Assembly: GCA_000175855.1 (NCBI GenBank)
Contig: ACYB01000007.1
Span: forward strand, 60,001-92,000
Direction: 5' to 3'
Source of the DNA: Raphidiopsis brookii D9
GTDB lineage: Bacteria > Cyanobacteriota > Cyanobacteriia > Cyanobacteriales > Nostocaceae
DNA: 32,000 bases
Shown: positions 1-9,774 of the stretch, in pieces
How the letters are laid out: each line of letters begins with the position of its first letter
Position numbering within the stretch: position 1 is the stretch's first letter
The notes under the pieces: model-generated
What the model saw: the letters and a program-made list of their open reading frames with translations, nothing else
Database searches by the model: none
Told to the model about the DNA's origin: nothing
Position numbers and translations under genes: made by a program

Positions 1-746
1 CTTCCCGCGCATTTACAACTATTTGATTTAATTGGTCGTATTTCGTAGTTGACCAAAATCTATTATTAATACGGAGTAATTTAGATGATAGCACAAAAGC
101 TGATTGCCAACGCCTGTTTTGTAATTCTCCAATGGAGGACTGGTAGATTTCCTCAGCTGTTGACCAGGTAGATTGCCATTTGAGTATTTTCTCTTCCACA
201 AACTGACGATCTTCCAAACTTTCTGGAATTTTTTTGGTCAGTAGCTATTGCTTCCTCCAAATTTCCCGATTGGAAGCTCTTCTCCGCCAAATTTATAATG
301 TCCCGTGACCACTCCTGCAATAGATCATTAATTTGCCCTCTTAGAGGATGATCCTGTGGTAAATCCTTCACTAAAGCTATAGCTTGTAATAAATCATTAA
401 CCGTCTGTTTGGAAGCAGCCAGGTTAGCACAGTGGACGCGCATCGAAGCACTGGCTAAAGGCCAGAATATTCTAGGACAGTTAGGAGCGGAAGGTAGTTT
501 AAGTAAGATAGCTACTGATATAATACCCATGGTGCTGGGAATAAACGCTAGCACCAAAAACCACCATATCCAGCTTTTCTTCCACATTCCTAATTCCCAT
601 ATCTTATTGCGATCGCTATGCTGAATAGCGTTCCTACCGGATGATTGATTGACCTGGACTTCTGAATCTGGGGACAATCTTGGATTTTGCTCTGGTTTTG
701 TGGTCTCAACCGGAGAAAAACCTCCTGAAATATCCTGATCTGTCAT
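1..746 (-). CDS. Conserved membrane-anchored hypothetical protein (N-terminal part). The frame is interrupted at a T7/A7 run as assembled, and the gene probably continues past the left window edge.
   Basis: Track ORF 153..746 starts at ATG 746 and has one strongly hydrophobic helix (WIWWFLVLAFIPSTMGIISVAILL). The assembled tail after ...EEAIATDQ looks out of frame. An alternative frame stays open from about 228 down to position 1 and reads protein-like (IPESLEDRQFVEEKILKWQSTWSTAEEIYQ...). I recognise no family. Confidence 0.5.
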
Positions 747-958
747 CTCTCACACCACACTAAATTGATTAACAGTCCATTTTGACAAATTTATCCTATC
801 AACTCCAGAAGGTAGTGCGGGTGCGGTCCAGTGTATAGACTGACACCCACCCACTCCGCTCTTTAAAACTTATCTAAAAGTATATACATCAGGGAATATG
901 CTTAACTTAATTTTAGTATTGTTTTAATTCTAGTGTTATTTTACCATGTTAGAATAAT

Positions 959-1855
959 TTAACTTTTAAAATTTTGTAAATCCACAATTAGTTGAGCTAG
1001 ATTATCAGTGCTTGCTTGATAAACACTACCGCAAAAATCGCAGGTAGCTTCAGCTCCGTTGTCCTTGAGAATCATATCTTGTAATTCGGACTCTCCCAAC
1101 ATTTTCAACGCTCCTAGCACGCGCTCAAAGGAACAACCACAATGAAAGCGCAGAAGCTGACTTTCAGGAAAAATTGTCAGCTCCATATCCCCCAATAAAT
1201 CCTCAAAAATGTCGGTTAAGCTTTTACCCGCTTGTAATAATGGTGTAAATCCAGATAATGCTGACACTCTCGATTCCAGTCTTTCCACCAGAACTTCGTC
1301 TCTGGCAACTTTTGGCAGAACTTGAATTAAAATTCCTCCAGCTGCAGTTACACCGCCCGAACCAACAAACACACCCAACACCAAAGCGGAAGGGGTTTGC
1401 TCGGAGTTGACTAGGTAATGGGTAACATCATCCCCAATCTCTCCGGACACTAGTTCTACCGTACTAGAATAGGGATAGCCATAACCAATATCTTTAACTA
1501 CATACAAATACCCTTTGCCCACAGCACCTCCCACGTCCAGTTTACCCTTAGTGTTGGGTAGTAGTTCTATGGATGGGTTGCCCACGTAACCCCTGACTGT
1601 TCCATCCAGTCCAGCATCTACTAATATACCCCCTAATGGCCCATCTCCCTTTACTCGCAGGTTAATTCTTGAACCAGAGCGTTTCATCCCTGAAGCCATT
1701 AGCAAACCTGCTGACATAGTTCTTCCCAGAGCTGCTGTAGCTACATAGGAAAGTTTATGGCGCACTCTTGCCTCTTCGACTAACTTTGTGGTGATTACAC
1801 CGACCGCTCGAATGCCACCGTTTGCCGCTGTGGCCCGCATTAGTTTGTCCGCCAT
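959..1855 (-). CDS. hslO: Hsp33 redox-regulated molecular chaperone
   Basis: The N-terminus MADKLMRATAANGGIRAVGV and the C-terminal zinc-centre motif CGCS...CDFCG (CxC...CxxC) are Hsp33 hallmarks. I prefer ATG 1855 over the GTG at 1861 used by the track. Confidence 0.93.
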   Translation of the reverse strand: MADKLMRATAANGGIRAVGVITTKLVEEARVRHKLSYVATAALGRTMSAGLLMASGMKRSGSRINLRVKGDGPLGGILVDAGLDGTVRGYVGNPSIELLPNTKGKLDVGGAVGKGYLYVVKDIGYGYPYSSTVELVSGEIGDDVTHYLVNSEQTPSALVLGVFVGSGGVTAAGGILIQVLPKVARDEVLVERLESRVSALSGFTPLLQAGKSLTDIFEDLLGDMELTIFPESQLLRFHCGCSFERVLGALKMLGESELQDMILKDNGAEATCDFCGSVYQASTDNLAQLIVDLQNFKS

Positions 1856-2031
1856 AAACACCTTTACTATTTACAAAAAACTGCTCAGGTAACCATTTGG
1901 GTTTAAACACTGGAGAAGATTCTTCCATAATCATTATTTACTATATCATAGTTAATGCTGACTTCCATCTTAAAATTGGGGATTTAAACGGTTCATACCG
2001 TTCTTGCTAAAACTATAAAATAACAACTATT

Positions 2032-2412
2032 ATGTTAGGAACCTTTCAACAAAGCCAATTGCGCATAGAAATAGAAGCATCCTCCCAGGCCATTCATGAT
2101 AGTCTTGTCTTTCCTTCAAAATTACGTGAATGGCTGCCATTTGCAAGTCTTACCCCATCCATGCCAGAAAAATTGACCCCCGGTTTTGATTTCACTACTT
2201 CCATAGGATACGTAACCATATATCATCATGTGGATGTTTTGAGGGTTAATTGTTTACGCTTACTTCTTAGTGGTGCTATTGATGGTTTTCATGAGTGGTA
2301 CTGGGGAGAAGGTTGGCTACAGTCCCGATTGGAGGGTGTGTCAATGTTACCCTTGAATTTGGGTCAAACTCTTAGTTTGTTGAAACTACGTCATTTTTTG
2401 ATCGCTCCCTAG
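2032..2412 (+). CDS. Hypothetical protein (126 aa)
   Basis: Clean ATG-initiated ORF in an otherwise gene-free slot. No motif recognised. Its stop codon abuts the stop codon of the convergent usp gene. Confidence 0.55.
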   Translation: MLGTFQQSQLRIEIEASSQAIHDSLVFPSKLREWLPFASLTPSMPEKLTPGFDFTTSIGYVTIYHHVDVLRVNCLRLLLSGAIDGFHEWYWGEGWLQSRLEGVSMLPLNLGQTLSLLKLRHFLIAP

Positions 2413-2838
2413 CTACCCTTGTGACTTAACTACCAATACGGAACAGTGCGCTTCTTCCATTACTTGTGTACTGACGGAGCGCAAAACGATTTTTTTCATG
2501 CCTGTTAACCCACGATTACCAATCACCACTAGATCGGCTTTATAAATATTTGCTAGTCTGATTATTTCATCCGCAGGATCCCCTGATACTAATTCTAGTT
2601 GGCTTTTTACCGCCAATTTTTCTTGGTAGGTTTGCAATTGCTTTTCTACCTGAAAATAAGACAATTTGGGTGAGTTTGGATGAGGACGATCAGCTGGCAA
2701 TTCCGTGGAGTCCGATGATGGAAATACATGACAAAGAATCACCCGCGCATTCGGCGAAATCTTAAGATTATCTAAGGTCTCCATCACTCTTTCCCCAATT
2801 TCTGAATCATCTAAAGCCACTAAAATAGTATTTAACAC
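2413..2838 (-). CDS. Universal stress protein (UspA family)
   Basis: 141 aa. ILVALDDSE at the N-terminus and the C-terminal ADLVVIGNRGLTGMKKIVLRSVSTQVMEEAHCSVLVV match the Usp ATP-binding-type fold pattern (G-x2-G-x9-GS). Confidence 0.85.
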   Translation of the reverse strand: MLNTILVALDDSEIGERVMETLDNLKISPNARVILCHVFPSSDSTELPADRPHPNSPKLSYFQVEKQLQTYQEKLAVKSQLELVSGDPADEIIRLANIYKADLVVIGNRGLTGMKKIVLRSVSTQVMEEAHCSVLVVKSQG

Positions 2839-2911
2839 CTCTTTTACCTCCTCAATTCAAAATCACCCTAGTTTTTTCAGTTTACCCCGTTCCAACTCAT
2901 TTCTGTCCAAT

Positions 2912-2952
2912 CTTGAAAAAAGGAATTCCCCCGCAGTTGTAATCTGGGGGAA
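2912..2952 (-). terminator. Rho-independent terminator candidate downstream of hisD
   Basis: On the minus strand: 7-bp GC-rich stem TTCCCCC (2926-2932) / GGGGGAA (2946-2952), a 13-nt loop, then TTCCTTTTTTC. It lies 38 nt after the hisD stop. Confidence 0.55.
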
Positions 2953-2990
2953 TATGTATAGAACTGAGAAATCCTATCTATACCTCACTT

Positions 2991-4289
2991 TTAGCCATCA
3001 GCATCAAATCTTATACGCACTGAATCCGCATGAGAAGGTAAACCCTCCGCCATGGCTAAGGTGCTAATGGCATTGGCTACTTTGCTAAGTGCACTTCGGG
3101 AGTATTGTATAATACTTGAGTGTTTGAGGAACGTTTCTACACCCAAAGCGGAAGCATAACGAGCAGCACCGGATGTAGGTAGGGTGTGATTAGGACCAGC
3201 TAAATAGTCACCTACCGCCTCTGGTGTAGAATCGCCTAAGAAAATCGCCCCCGCATGACGGATATGCTCGATTAATGACCAAGGGTCTTTTACTTCCAAT
3301 TCCAAATGTTCCGGGGCAAATATATTAGAAAATTCCGCCGCTGCTTCCAAGGATTCCACAATTACGACTAGTCCATAATGGGCGATCGCCTTTTCTGTGT
3401 CTATCCTTCTGGGATGATCTACTAATTGTCTATCTACCTCTAACTGAACCTTTTTGGCTAAACCAGTGTCCGTAGTCAATAAAATTGCCGCTGCCATGGG
3501 ATCATGTTCCGCTTGGGCTAACATATCTGCCGCCAGATGTTTGGGATTAGCACTTTCATCGGCAATAATTAACACCTCACTCGGCCCAGCTAAGGAGTCA
3601 ATACCCACAGTCCCATATACTAGTTTTTTGGCTAGGGTGACATAAATATTACCAGGACCTGTAATTACATCTACCTTGGGAATGGTTTCTGTACCGTATG
3701 CCAGGGCTGCGATCGCCTGGGATCCCCCAACGCGATAAATTTCGCCTACCCCAGCTTCTTGAGCAGCTACCAACACCGCCGGATTAATTACTTTATCACG
3801 ACCCGGTGGCGTGACCATGACTATCCGAGGTACACCTGCTACTTTAGCTGGTATGGCATTCATTAGTACTGTACTAGGATAGCAGGCCCTACCACCGGGA
3901 ATATATAGACCCGCCCTATCTACGGGTGTGTAGCGTTTACCTAAAACTACTTCATCTTCCCCAAAGTGCACCCAGGTTCTTGGTACTCTCTGACGATGAA
4001 AAGCTTCTATTCGTTCACAGGCCAGCCTAATTGACGCCAACAAATCCTTCGATATTTGTTGGTAAGCCACGTCCATCTCAGAACCTTTTACCCTCATCCC
4101 CGGTTCCAAGGTTTGGTGATCAAACTCGGCTGTGTACTGGAGTACGGCTTTGTCGCCCTGGTTTTTTACAGACAGCAAAACCTCTCGTACAGTTGCTTCT
4201 TTATTAAACACCTGTTCGTCATGGGTACGTTCGCAGATGCGTTGTAGTTCGGATACAACATCTGCCTGCTGAGTGATAATTCGCAGCAT
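2991..4289 (-). CDS. hisD: Histidinol dehydrogenase
   Basis: 432 aa with full-length HisD-type sequence (…GPGNIYVTLAKK…, …AEHDPMAAAILLT…, …FAPEHLEL…, …GDYLAGPNHTLPTSG…). Confidence 0.97.
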   Translation of the reverse strand: MLRIITQQADVVSELQRICERTHDEQVFNKEATVREVLLSVKNQGDKAVLQYTAEFDHQTLEPGMRVKGSEMDVAYQQISKDLLASIRLACERIEAFHRQRVPRTWVHFGEDEVVLGKRYTPVDRAGLYIPGGRACYPSTVLMNAIPAKVAGVPRIVMVTPPGRDKVINPAVLVAAQEAGVGEIYRVGGSQAIAALAYGTETIPKVDVITGPGNIYVTLAKKLVYGTVGIDSLAGPSEVLIIADESANPKHLAADMLAQAEHDPMAAAILLTTDTGLAKKVQLEVDRQLVDHPRRIDTEKAIAHYGLVVIVESLEAAAEFSNIFAPEHLELEVKDPWSLIEHIRHAGAIFLGDSTPEAVGDYLAGPNHTLPTSGAARYASALGVETFLKHSSIIQYSRSALSKVANAISTLAMAEGLPSHADSVRIRFDADG

Positions 4290-4646
4290 GGAGTAGTAAG
4301 GACAGTGCCAAAATTAGAATTTTTTCCCTTTTGATCATTAGTTTGGCTTTTTAGCCTTTCGGATAAACAGCTGCCACTAATTTTCTTCTCTAGCTTAACC
4401 TGCTTTTTTTTGTATACCACCATTATTTCGACCTATCATTTATCGCTGTAAAAGCTCTAAAAACAGTTTGATAATCTTATACTCCCTAACCAGTCCTTGA
4501 TATACTGGAGCAGTCTGGGGATCAGGTGGTATTAATCGTGAGTTTTTTATTGTTAGGGCCTATTATAACCTATTTTAAAAATCCCTGACCCCCATGCTAT
4601 TGCCAATTTCTCCTGAACTGGAAATTTTTCTATCTTTAAATCAACT

Positions 4647-4670
4647 CTTTACAAAACTTTACAAAACTTT
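4647..4670. repeat. Tandem decamer CTTTACAAAA, about 2.4 copies
   Basis: Read directly in the hisD-rpsT divergent intergenic region: ctttacaaaa ctttacaaaa cttt. Confidence 0.8.
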
Positions 4671-4797
4671 TGTTAAAAGTTGTAAAATTTTTCCTAAAAT
4701 TTTTCTGTGGAATTGCAGCACTTGCAAATTTCGTGCTATCCTAGTATTTCTAGTAGTGTGTGTACATATTAATTGATAGTTTTTTTGGGAACTGACC

Positions 4798-5091
4798 GTG
4801 GCAAACACAAAATCAGCACTTAAACGCGCCCAAATCGCGGAGCGTAACCAACTGCACAACAAAGCATATAAATCAGCAGTAAAGACGCTAATGAAGAAAT
4901 ACTTTGCTGCAGTGGAAGCCTATGCTTCCAATCCTACGAGCGAGTCCAAACAGTTGGTCGATGAGAGGATGTCACAAGCCTACAGCAAAATTGACAAAGC
5001 TGTTAAAAGGGGAGTGTTGCATCCAAACAGTGGGGCTAGAAAAAAATCTAGATTGGCGCGGAAGCTCAAACCATTGACCCAACCGGTTTAG
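4798..5091 (+). CDS. rpsT: 30S ribosomal protein S20
   Basis: 97 aa with a GTG start. (M)[29 protein letters not shown] is the canonical S20 N-terminus. Confidence 0.95.
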   Translation: MANTKSALKRAQIAERNQLHNKAYKSAVKTLMKKYFAAVEAYASNPTSESKQLVDERMSQAYSKIDKAVKRGVLHPNSGARKKSRLARKLKPLTQPV

Positions 5092-5114
5092 GAGCCAGAT
5101 ATAGTTACTAATTT

Positions 5115-5133
5115 GTAATTCGTAATTCGTAAT
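5115..5133. repeat. Tandem heptamer GTAATTC, about 2.7 copies
   Basis: gtaattc gtaattc gtaat immediately downstream of rpsT. Short tandem heptamers are common in filamentous cyanobacterial intergenic DNA. Confidence 0.75.
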
Positions 5134-5267
5134 AGGAAAAAGCTAAGATAAGTCGTTAAATCAAAAAAACCGGTTGATTTTGGTTTAATGAGTACTTGAA
5201 CCTGGTTATGGATTATGGATTAGCAAATTATGGCAAATCACGAGTTGTTGTCACTGATAACCGAAAA

Positions 5268-6134
5268 ATGCAATTAATAGATAGCCACGTACATCTGAAC
5301 TTTGAAACTTTTAAGCCAGATTTAGAAGCAGTGAGATACCGTTGGCAAGAAGCAGGGGTAGCGCACCTGGTGCATTCCTGTGTTCATCCAGGGGAATTTG
5401 CCAGCATTTGGTCTATAGCTAAGCAATTCCCGGAGGTGAGCTTTGCCATTGGGTTACATCCTTTGGACGCTGATAGATGGGAAGAACACACGGGGGCTGA
5501 AATAAGAAATTCAGCTTACTTATCTAACCAATCAAATGCGCCTATTGTAGCAATTGGGGAAATGGGACTAGATTTTTACAAAGCCAGCAACCGTGAGCAA
5601 CAACATAAGGTATTTGAAGCCCAACTGGCGATCGCCACGGAATTAGATTTACCGGTAATAGTCCATTGTCGGGAAGCTGCTGTAGAAGCGAGAGAGGTGC
5701 TAGAAAAATGGCGAGAAAGGGAAGGAGAGAGGGTGCGGGGTGTAATGCATTGTTGGGGAGGAACACCGGAGGAAACCCAATGGTTTTTAGATTTGGGTTT
5801 TTATATTAGCTTTAGTGGTACAGTTACCTTTAAGAATGCGAAAGCTATACAATCCTCAGCAGCGATGGTAAGTAAAGAGAGGATTTTGATTGAAACTGAC
5901 TGTCCATTTTTATCACCCACACCCAAGAGAGGAGAGAAGCGTAACGAGCCAGCGTATGTAAGCTATGTAGCAGCGCAGTTAGCAAAAATACGAGGAGAAC
6001 CCGTAGAATCCATAGCTGACCAAACGACTGCCAATGCTTGTAGACTGTTTGGGATTAGACTGGAGGAAGGAGAAAACTCCGGGAGAAAAATTCGGCCAAA
6101 TCCTGATATCGAGAATAACCTGGCGGATCCTTGA
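5268..6134 (+). CDS. tatD: TatD-family metal-dependent hydrolase/DNase
   Basis: [12 protein letters not shown]... (HxH metal motif), ...IGEMGLDFY..., ...VIVHCREA..., ...[10 protein letters not shown] prefer ATG 5268, just upstream of the HxH motif, over the TTG at 5196 used by the track. Confidence 0.9.
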   Translation: MQLIDSHVHLNFETFKPDLEAVRYRWQEAGVAHLVHSCVHPGEFASIWSIAKQFPEVSFAIGLHPLDADRWEEHTGAEIRNSAYLSNQSNAPIVAIGEMGLDFYKASNREQQHKVFEAQLAIATELDLPVIVHCREAAVEAREVLEKWREREGERVRGVMHCWGGTPEETQWFLDLGFYISFSGTVTFKNAKAIQSSAAMVSKERILIETDCPFLSPTPKRGEKRNEPAYVSYVAAQLAKIRGEPVESIADQTTANACRLFGIRLEEGENSGRKIRPNPDIENNLADP

Positions 6135-6364
6135 TTTTTGGTGTCTCACAGCGAGTGTAGATGAGGTCTGGATAAGTATATGAACAGAGAATTAATGAGC
6201 AAAATGTACGTAATGAGTAGACAAATCACCCACCACTCGTCAACAGTTAGCAGGAGCAAGGTTTCCACGTTTATCTAATTTTATTTTTTTATTGGGTTTT
6301 CTTATTGGGTTTATTCTCCCACCGTTCTCAAAACAAGTTTAACCAGGTTGACAAAGGTAGAGGC

Positions 6365-9300
6365 ATGAACAACGAAAATTATATGGAACCATCCTTTCTA
6401 TTACCAGATCTAATTGAGATTCAGCGTTCTAGCTTTCGCTGGTTTTTAGAAGAGGGTTTAATAGAAGAGCTGAACTCATTTAGTCCTATTACGGACTATA
6501 CAGGAAAATTAGAACTCCATTTTTTAGGACATAACTATAAGCTAAAAGAGCCGAAATATAGCGTAGAAGAGTCTAAAAGAAGAGATAGCACATACGGTGT
6601 ACAAATGTATGTGCCCACAAGGCTTCTTAATAAAGAAACAGGTGATATTAAAGAACAGGAAGTATTTATAGGTGATCTACCCTTAATGACGGATAGAGGA
6701 ACCTTTATTATTAACGGAGCCGAGCGAGTAATAGTCAACCAAATCGTGCGATCGCCGGGCGTATATTACAAATCAGAGATTGATAAAAATGGGAGAAGAA
6801 CATATTCTGCCAGTCTAATTCCCAACCGGGGGGCATGGCTAAAATTTGAGACAGACCGTAATGATTTAGTGTGGGTAAGAATAGATAAGACCCGGAAATT
6901 GTCAATCCAGGTACTACTTAAAGCATTAGGACTGTCAGATAATGAAATTTTAGATGCTTTAAGGCATCCAGAATACTTTCAAAAGACCATTGAAAAAGAG
7001 GGACAATTCTCGGAAGAGGAGGCCCTTCTGGAGCTGTATAGAAAGCTGAGACCCGGGGAACCACCCACGGTGATGGGGGGACAACAGCTATTAGAATCGC
7101 GCTTTTTCGATCCCAAACGTTACGACCTAGGTAGGGTAGGTAGATATAAACTTAACAAGAAACTACGCCTTTCCGTTCCTGACACCACTAGGGTTCTCAC
7201 CCCAGGGGATATTCTATCCGCTGTGGACTATCTCATCAACCTAGAATACGACATTGGTAGTATTGATGACATTGACCATCTCGGAAATCGCCGAGTTAGA
7301 AGCGTTGGTGAATTGCTTCAGAACCAAGTAAGAGTCGGTTTAAATCGTTTAGAGAGGATCATTAGAGAAAGAATGACCGTCTCCGATGCCGAAGTGTTAA
7401 CACCAGCATCACTAGTCAACCCCAAACCCTTAGTAGCAGCCATAAAAGAGTTTTTTGGTTCTAGTCAGCTAAGTCAATTCATGGATCAGACCAACCCCTT
7501 AGCGGAACTAACCCATAAACGACGCTTGAGTGCTTTAGGTCCTGGTGGACTAACCAGAGAGAGAGCTGGTTTTGCCGTGCGAGACATTCATCCCAGCCAC
7601 TACGGACGCATTTGCCCTATTGAAACGCCGGAAGGTCCAAATGCGGGGTTAATTGGTTCCCTAGCTACCCATGCTCGTGTTAACCAGTATGGATTTTTAG
7701 AAACACCTTTCAGACCCGTAGAAAACGGAAGAGTTTGCTACGAAAAACCAGCTGTTTACATGACAGCAGATGAGGAAGATGATCTGCGGGTTGCACCTGG
7801 TGACATTCCCGTAGATGACAACGGACAAATACTAGGAATCCAAGTACCCGTTCGTTATCGCCAAGAATTTTCCACCACTACTCCCGAACAGGTAGACTAT
7901 GTAGCTGTGTCACCAGTACAAATTGTCTCAGTAGCCACCAGCATGATTCCCTTTTTGGAGCATGATGATGCCAACCGAGCCTTAATGGGTTCTAACATGC
8001 AAAGGCAAGCAGTACCCTTATTGAAACCCGAGCGTCCCCTAGTGGGAACTGGACTGGAGGCCCAAGGTGCCAGAGACTCAGGTATGGTAATTGTTTCCCG
8101 TACTGATGGAGATGTGGTATATGTAGATGCGACCGAGATTCGTGTTCGAGTGAAAGAAAAAGCCGCTCTTACCAACCGTGAAAGCGAAACTATTCCCCAT
8201 AAACCCCAGGAAGTTAAATACGTTCTCTCCAAATATCAACGTTCTAACCAGGACACCTGTCTCAATCAAAAACCCCTAGTGCGGATTGGGGAAAAAGTCA
8301 TAGCAGGTCAGGTATTAGCAGATGGTTCATCCACAGAAGGGGGAGAATTAGCATTAGGGCAAAATGTTATTGTTGCCTATATGCCCTGGGAAGGGTATAA
8401 CTACGAAGATGCAATTTTAATTTCCGAGAGGCTGGTACAAGAGGACGTTTACACATCAATACATATTGAAAAATTTGAAATAGAAGCAAGACAAACCAAA
8501 CTAGGACCTGAAGAGATTACCAGAGAAATACCCAACGTTGGGGAAGACGCCCTCAGACAATTAGATGAACAGGGGATAATCAGAGTAGGGGCCTGGGTAG
8601 AATCAGGAGACATTCTAGTGGGGAAAGTGACCCCTAAAGGAGAATCAGATCAACCACCGGAAGAAAAACTACTTAGAGCGATTTTCGGGGAGAAAGCTCG
8701 CGACGTGAGGGACAACTCCCTGCGGGTTCCCAATGGTGAAAAAGGAAGAGTAGTGGATGTGCGACTATTTACTAGAGAGCAGGGGGATGAACTTCCACCG
8801 GGAGCCAATATGGTAGTGCGGGTGTATGTAGCCCAGAAACGTAAAATCCAGGTTGGTGACAAAATGGCTGGGAGACATGGAAATAAAGGCATCATTTCTC
8901 GAATTTTGCCCTTAGAAGACATGCCATACCTTCCCGACGGCACCCCAGTAGATATAGTCCTTAACCCCCTAGGTGTACCTAGTCGAATGAACGTAGGACA
9001 GGTGTTTGAATGCCTATTGGGTTGGGCGGGTCACAACCTGGGAGTACGCTTTAAAATCACCCCCTTTGATGAAATGTACGGAGAAGAATCTTCCCGACGT
9101 ATAGTTCACGGCAAATTATGGGAAGCTAGGGAAGAAACCAGTAGGGATTGGGTATATAATCCCGAAAACCCCGGCAAAATAATGGTTTATGATGGACGCA
9201 CGGGCGAGCCCTTTGATCGTGCAGTCACCGTGGGGATAGCCTATATGCTCAAACTTGTCCACTTAGTTGATGATAAAATTCATGCTCGCTCCACAGGTCC

Positions 9301-9706
9301 TTATTCCTTAGTCACCCAGCAACCCTTGGGTGGTAAAGCACAACAGGGAGGTCAAAGATTTGGAGAGATGGAAGTGTGGGCCCTAGAGGCATTTGGTGCT
9401 GCTTATACATTACAGGAACTGCTAACTGTGAAATCAGATGATATGCAGGGACGTAATGAAGCATTGAATGCCATTGTTAAAGGAAAAGCTATTCCTCGTC
9501 CTGGCACTCCTGAGTCCTTCAAAGTGTTAATGAGAGAATTACAATCTTTAGGATTGGATATTGCGGTACATAAAGTAGAAACCCAAACAGATGGTAGTTC
9601 TCTAGATGTAGAAGTTGACTTGATGGCCGATCAAGTATCTCGTCGCACTCCTCCCCGTCCAACATACGAATCCTTTTCTCGTGATTCCCTGGATGAGGAC
9701 GAGTAA
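6365..9706 (+). CDS. rpoB: DNA-directed RNA polymerase subunit beta
   Basis: Full-length RpoB (…[14 protein letters not shown]…, …[14 protein letters not shown]…, …[24 protein letters not shown]…). ATG 6365 gives the usual N-terminus, whereas the track starts at TTG 6305. Confidence 0.98.
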   Translation: MNNENYMEPSFLLPDLIEIQRSSFRWFLEEGLIEELNSFSPITDYTGKLELHFLGHNYKLKEPKYSVEESKRRDSTYGVQMYVPTRLLNKETGDIKEQEVFIGDLPLMTDRGTFIINGAERVIVNQIVRSPGVYYKSEIDKNGRRTYSASLIPNRGAWLKFETDRNDLVWVRIDKTRKLSIQVLLKALGLSDNEILDALRHPEYFQKTIEKEGQFSEEEALLELYRKLRPGEPPTVMGGQQLLESRFFDPKRYDLGRVGRYKLNKKLRLSVPDTTRVLTPGDILSAVDYLINLEYDIGSIDDIDHLGNRRVRSVGELLQNQVRVGLNRLERIIRERMTVSDAEVLTPASLVNPKPLVAAIKEFFGSSQLSQFMDQTNPLAELTHKRRLSALGPGGLTRERAGFAVRDIHPSHYGRICPIETPEGPNAGLIGSLATHARVNQYGFLETPFRPVENGRVCYEKPAVYMTADEEDDLRVAPGDIPVDDNGQILGIQVPVRYRQEFSTTTPEQVDYVAVSPVQIVSVATSMIPFLEHDDANRALMGSNMQRQAVPLLKPERPLVGTGLEAQGARDSGMVIVSRTDGDVVYVDATEIRVRVKEKAALTNRESETIPHKPQEVKYVLSKYQRSNQDTCLNQKPLVRIGEKVIAGQVLADGSSTEGGELALGQNVIVAYMPWEGYNYEDAILISERLVQEDVYTSIHIEKFEIEARQTKLGPEEITREIPNVGEDALRQLDEQGIIRVGAWVESGDILVGKVTPKGESDQPPEEKLLRAIFGEKARDVRDNSLRVPNGEKGRVVDVRLFTREQGDELPPGANMVVRVYVAQKRKIQVGDKMAGRHGNKGIISRILPLEDMPYLPDGTPVDIVLNPLGVPSRMNVGQVFECLLGWAGHNLGVRFKITPFDEMYGEESSRRIVHGKLWEAREETSRDWVYNPENPGKIMVYDGRTGEPFDRAVTVGIAYMLKLVHLVDDKIHARSTGPYSLVTQQPLGGKAQQGGQRFGEMEVWALEAFGAAYTLQELLTVKSDDMQGRNEALNAIVKGKAIPRPGTPESFKVLMRELQSLGLDIAVHKVETQTDGSSLDVEVDLMADQVSRRTPPRPTYESFSRDSLDEDE

Positions 9707-9731
9707 TTAATCTAATCACTAAAATCACAAG

Positions 9732-9761
9732 CTTAGAACAACTTAGAACAATCTAGAACTA
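9732..9761. repeat. Tandem decamer CTTAGAACAA x2 plus a degenerate third copy TCTAGAACTA
   Basis: Read directly in the 68-nt rpoB-rpoC1 spacer. Confidence 0.8.
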
Positions 9762-9774
9762 AATTTACTGAACT

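Noticed and set aside
813-855. GC-rich imperfect inverted repeat (AGTGCGGGTGCGGTC ... GACACCCACCCACT) between hslO and the first gene, a possible terminator or sRNA
   Set aside because: Pairing needs three single-base bulges. No U-tract follows on the minus strand, where both neighbouring genes lie. This is not enough to call.
2410-2415. Stop codons of the convergent 126-aa ORF and usp abut with zero intergenic distance (TAG|CTA)
   Set aside because: This is probably just tight packing, and the 126-aa ORF end is not independently verified. No structure or function can be inferred.
4594-4862. Track ORFs 4594..4776 (+) and 4659..4862 (-) in the hisD-rpsT intergenic region
   Set aside because: They are low-complexity, AT-rich translations that overlap each other and the rpsT start, with no motifs. 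The region is better read as a divergent promoter area with a decamer repeat.
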